Source: an uncultured archaeon
Lineage (GTDB): Archaea > Asgardarchaeota > Lokiarchaeia > Sigyniarchaeales > SOKP01
DNA: 28,825 bases
Direction: 5' to 3'
Assembly: GCA_964447495.1 (NCBI GenBank)
Contig: CAYUTF010000018.1
Span: forward strand, 1 to 28,825
The notes under the pieces are model-generated. The model was given only the letters and a program-made list of their open reading frames with translations. It was not told where the DNA came from and did not search any database. Position 1 is the first letter of the stretch; each line of letters begins with the position of its first letter. This document shows positions 28,121 to 28,825 of this stretch, in pieces. The position numbers and the translations under genes were made by a program.

Positions 28121-28825
28121 TTATTCTCCTCTCATAATCTTTTTCAAACGATTTAATTCTTCTAACATTTCGTCTCTTAGAGAACTTAATCCTCCTCCTG
28201 GTTTTGGAGCGGCCATTGATCCGGGAGGACTTGGAACTGGTGCTGCGGGAGCACTTCCAGGAGGTCTTGGAGCACCACCTACAGGAGGTGCAGTAGGAGG
28301 CGCTGAGGGCGGTTTAGGGCGTTTCGCAAAAGTTGGAGCTTTTACAACTCCTCCACTTGGAGCTTGAGGTGGAGCGCTCGTACCTGGAGCTGGAGGTAAT
28401 TTTGGTGCTGGTGGAAGATTTCCCCTCGTTGGAGGTCCACTTATAGGTGCTTTTAGTGGGCCACTGCTAAGCGGAGCCTTAGGAGGTCCGGCACTAAGAG
28501 GTTTGGGTAAGCTAGTAGCTGGTGCAGCGGGTGTGGGACTCAATGCTGCTGAAGTAGGGGCAGATGCAGGAGCTTCAACACTCCCACTCAATAGATTAAA
28601 TAGAGTACTTGCTGCTGCCGTTTTCGCAGAAGAAGATGCTGCGGGTCTTGCAATTTGTTTAGAGGAGGTACTTACGGTTAATACTTCTGGTTCAACAGAT
28701 ACCTCTTTTAAATCTTTTAATGCTTTATTCAAAGATTTAATAAAATCGTTTATTCCTTTAACAGTATCTTCAAGGTCATCGGATAAAGAAGTTAATCCTT
28801 TTTTCATAAAATTAATGACGCGTTC
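28121..28825 (-). CDS. Proline-rich protein with coiled-coil N-terminal part and C-terminal WH2-like helix (5' end probably outside the window)
   Basis: The frame stays open to the window edge (ERVINF-MKKGL...). It has a coiled-coil, a long Pro/Ala-rich region and the C-terminus SLRDEMLEELNRLKKIMRGE. Confidence 0.8.
   Translation of the reverse strand, partial: ERVINFMKKGLTSLSDDLEDTVKGINDFIKSLNKALKDLKEVSVEPEVLTVSTSSKQIARPAASSSAKTAAASTLFNLLSGSVEAPASAPTSAALSPTPAAPATSLPKPLSAGPPKAPLSSGPLKAPISGPPTRGNLPPAPKLPPAPGTSAPPQAPSGGVVKAPTFAKRPKPPSAPPTAPPVGGAPRPPGSAPAAPVPSPPGSMAAPKPGGGLSSLRDEMLEELNRLKKIMRGE

Noticed and set aside
28190-28650. GC-rich segment as a horizontally acquired island or structured RNA
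   Set aside because: Fully explained by Pro/Ala/Gly codons, and third positions remain mostly A/T like the rest of the window.

Overview
Very AT-rich, gene-dense archaeal window, most consistent with an Asgard archaeon of the Lokiarchaeia type. This assignment is inferred from an actin-family gene, two small GTPases (one longin-fused), HEAT/coiled-coil proteins, a double zinc ribbon protein, a multi-PAS kinase and TATA-like promoters close to start codons. About 26 CDS are present. They include housekeeping genes (TrmJ-type SPOUT methylase, M32 carboxypeptidase, ABC-2 pair, purD, type IA topoisomerase, AF1437/EhaR-like HAD, PIG-L deacetylase) and many eukaryote-signature-like genes. The best lead is at the right end: a proline-rich protein ending in a WH2-like helix+LKKI motif, two genes upstream of a catalytically divergent actin-related protein, which could be a primitive NPF/Arp-like actin module. 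Other leads are a Top3beta-like zinc-finger tail, a longin-pseudoGTPase beside a HEAT+duplicated coiled-coil protein, a degenerate stand-alone antiporter-like subunit, a probable ATT start codon and a shared palindromic operator. No rRNA, tRNA, CRISPR array or mobile element was seen. All family calls come from motif recognition, not database searches.
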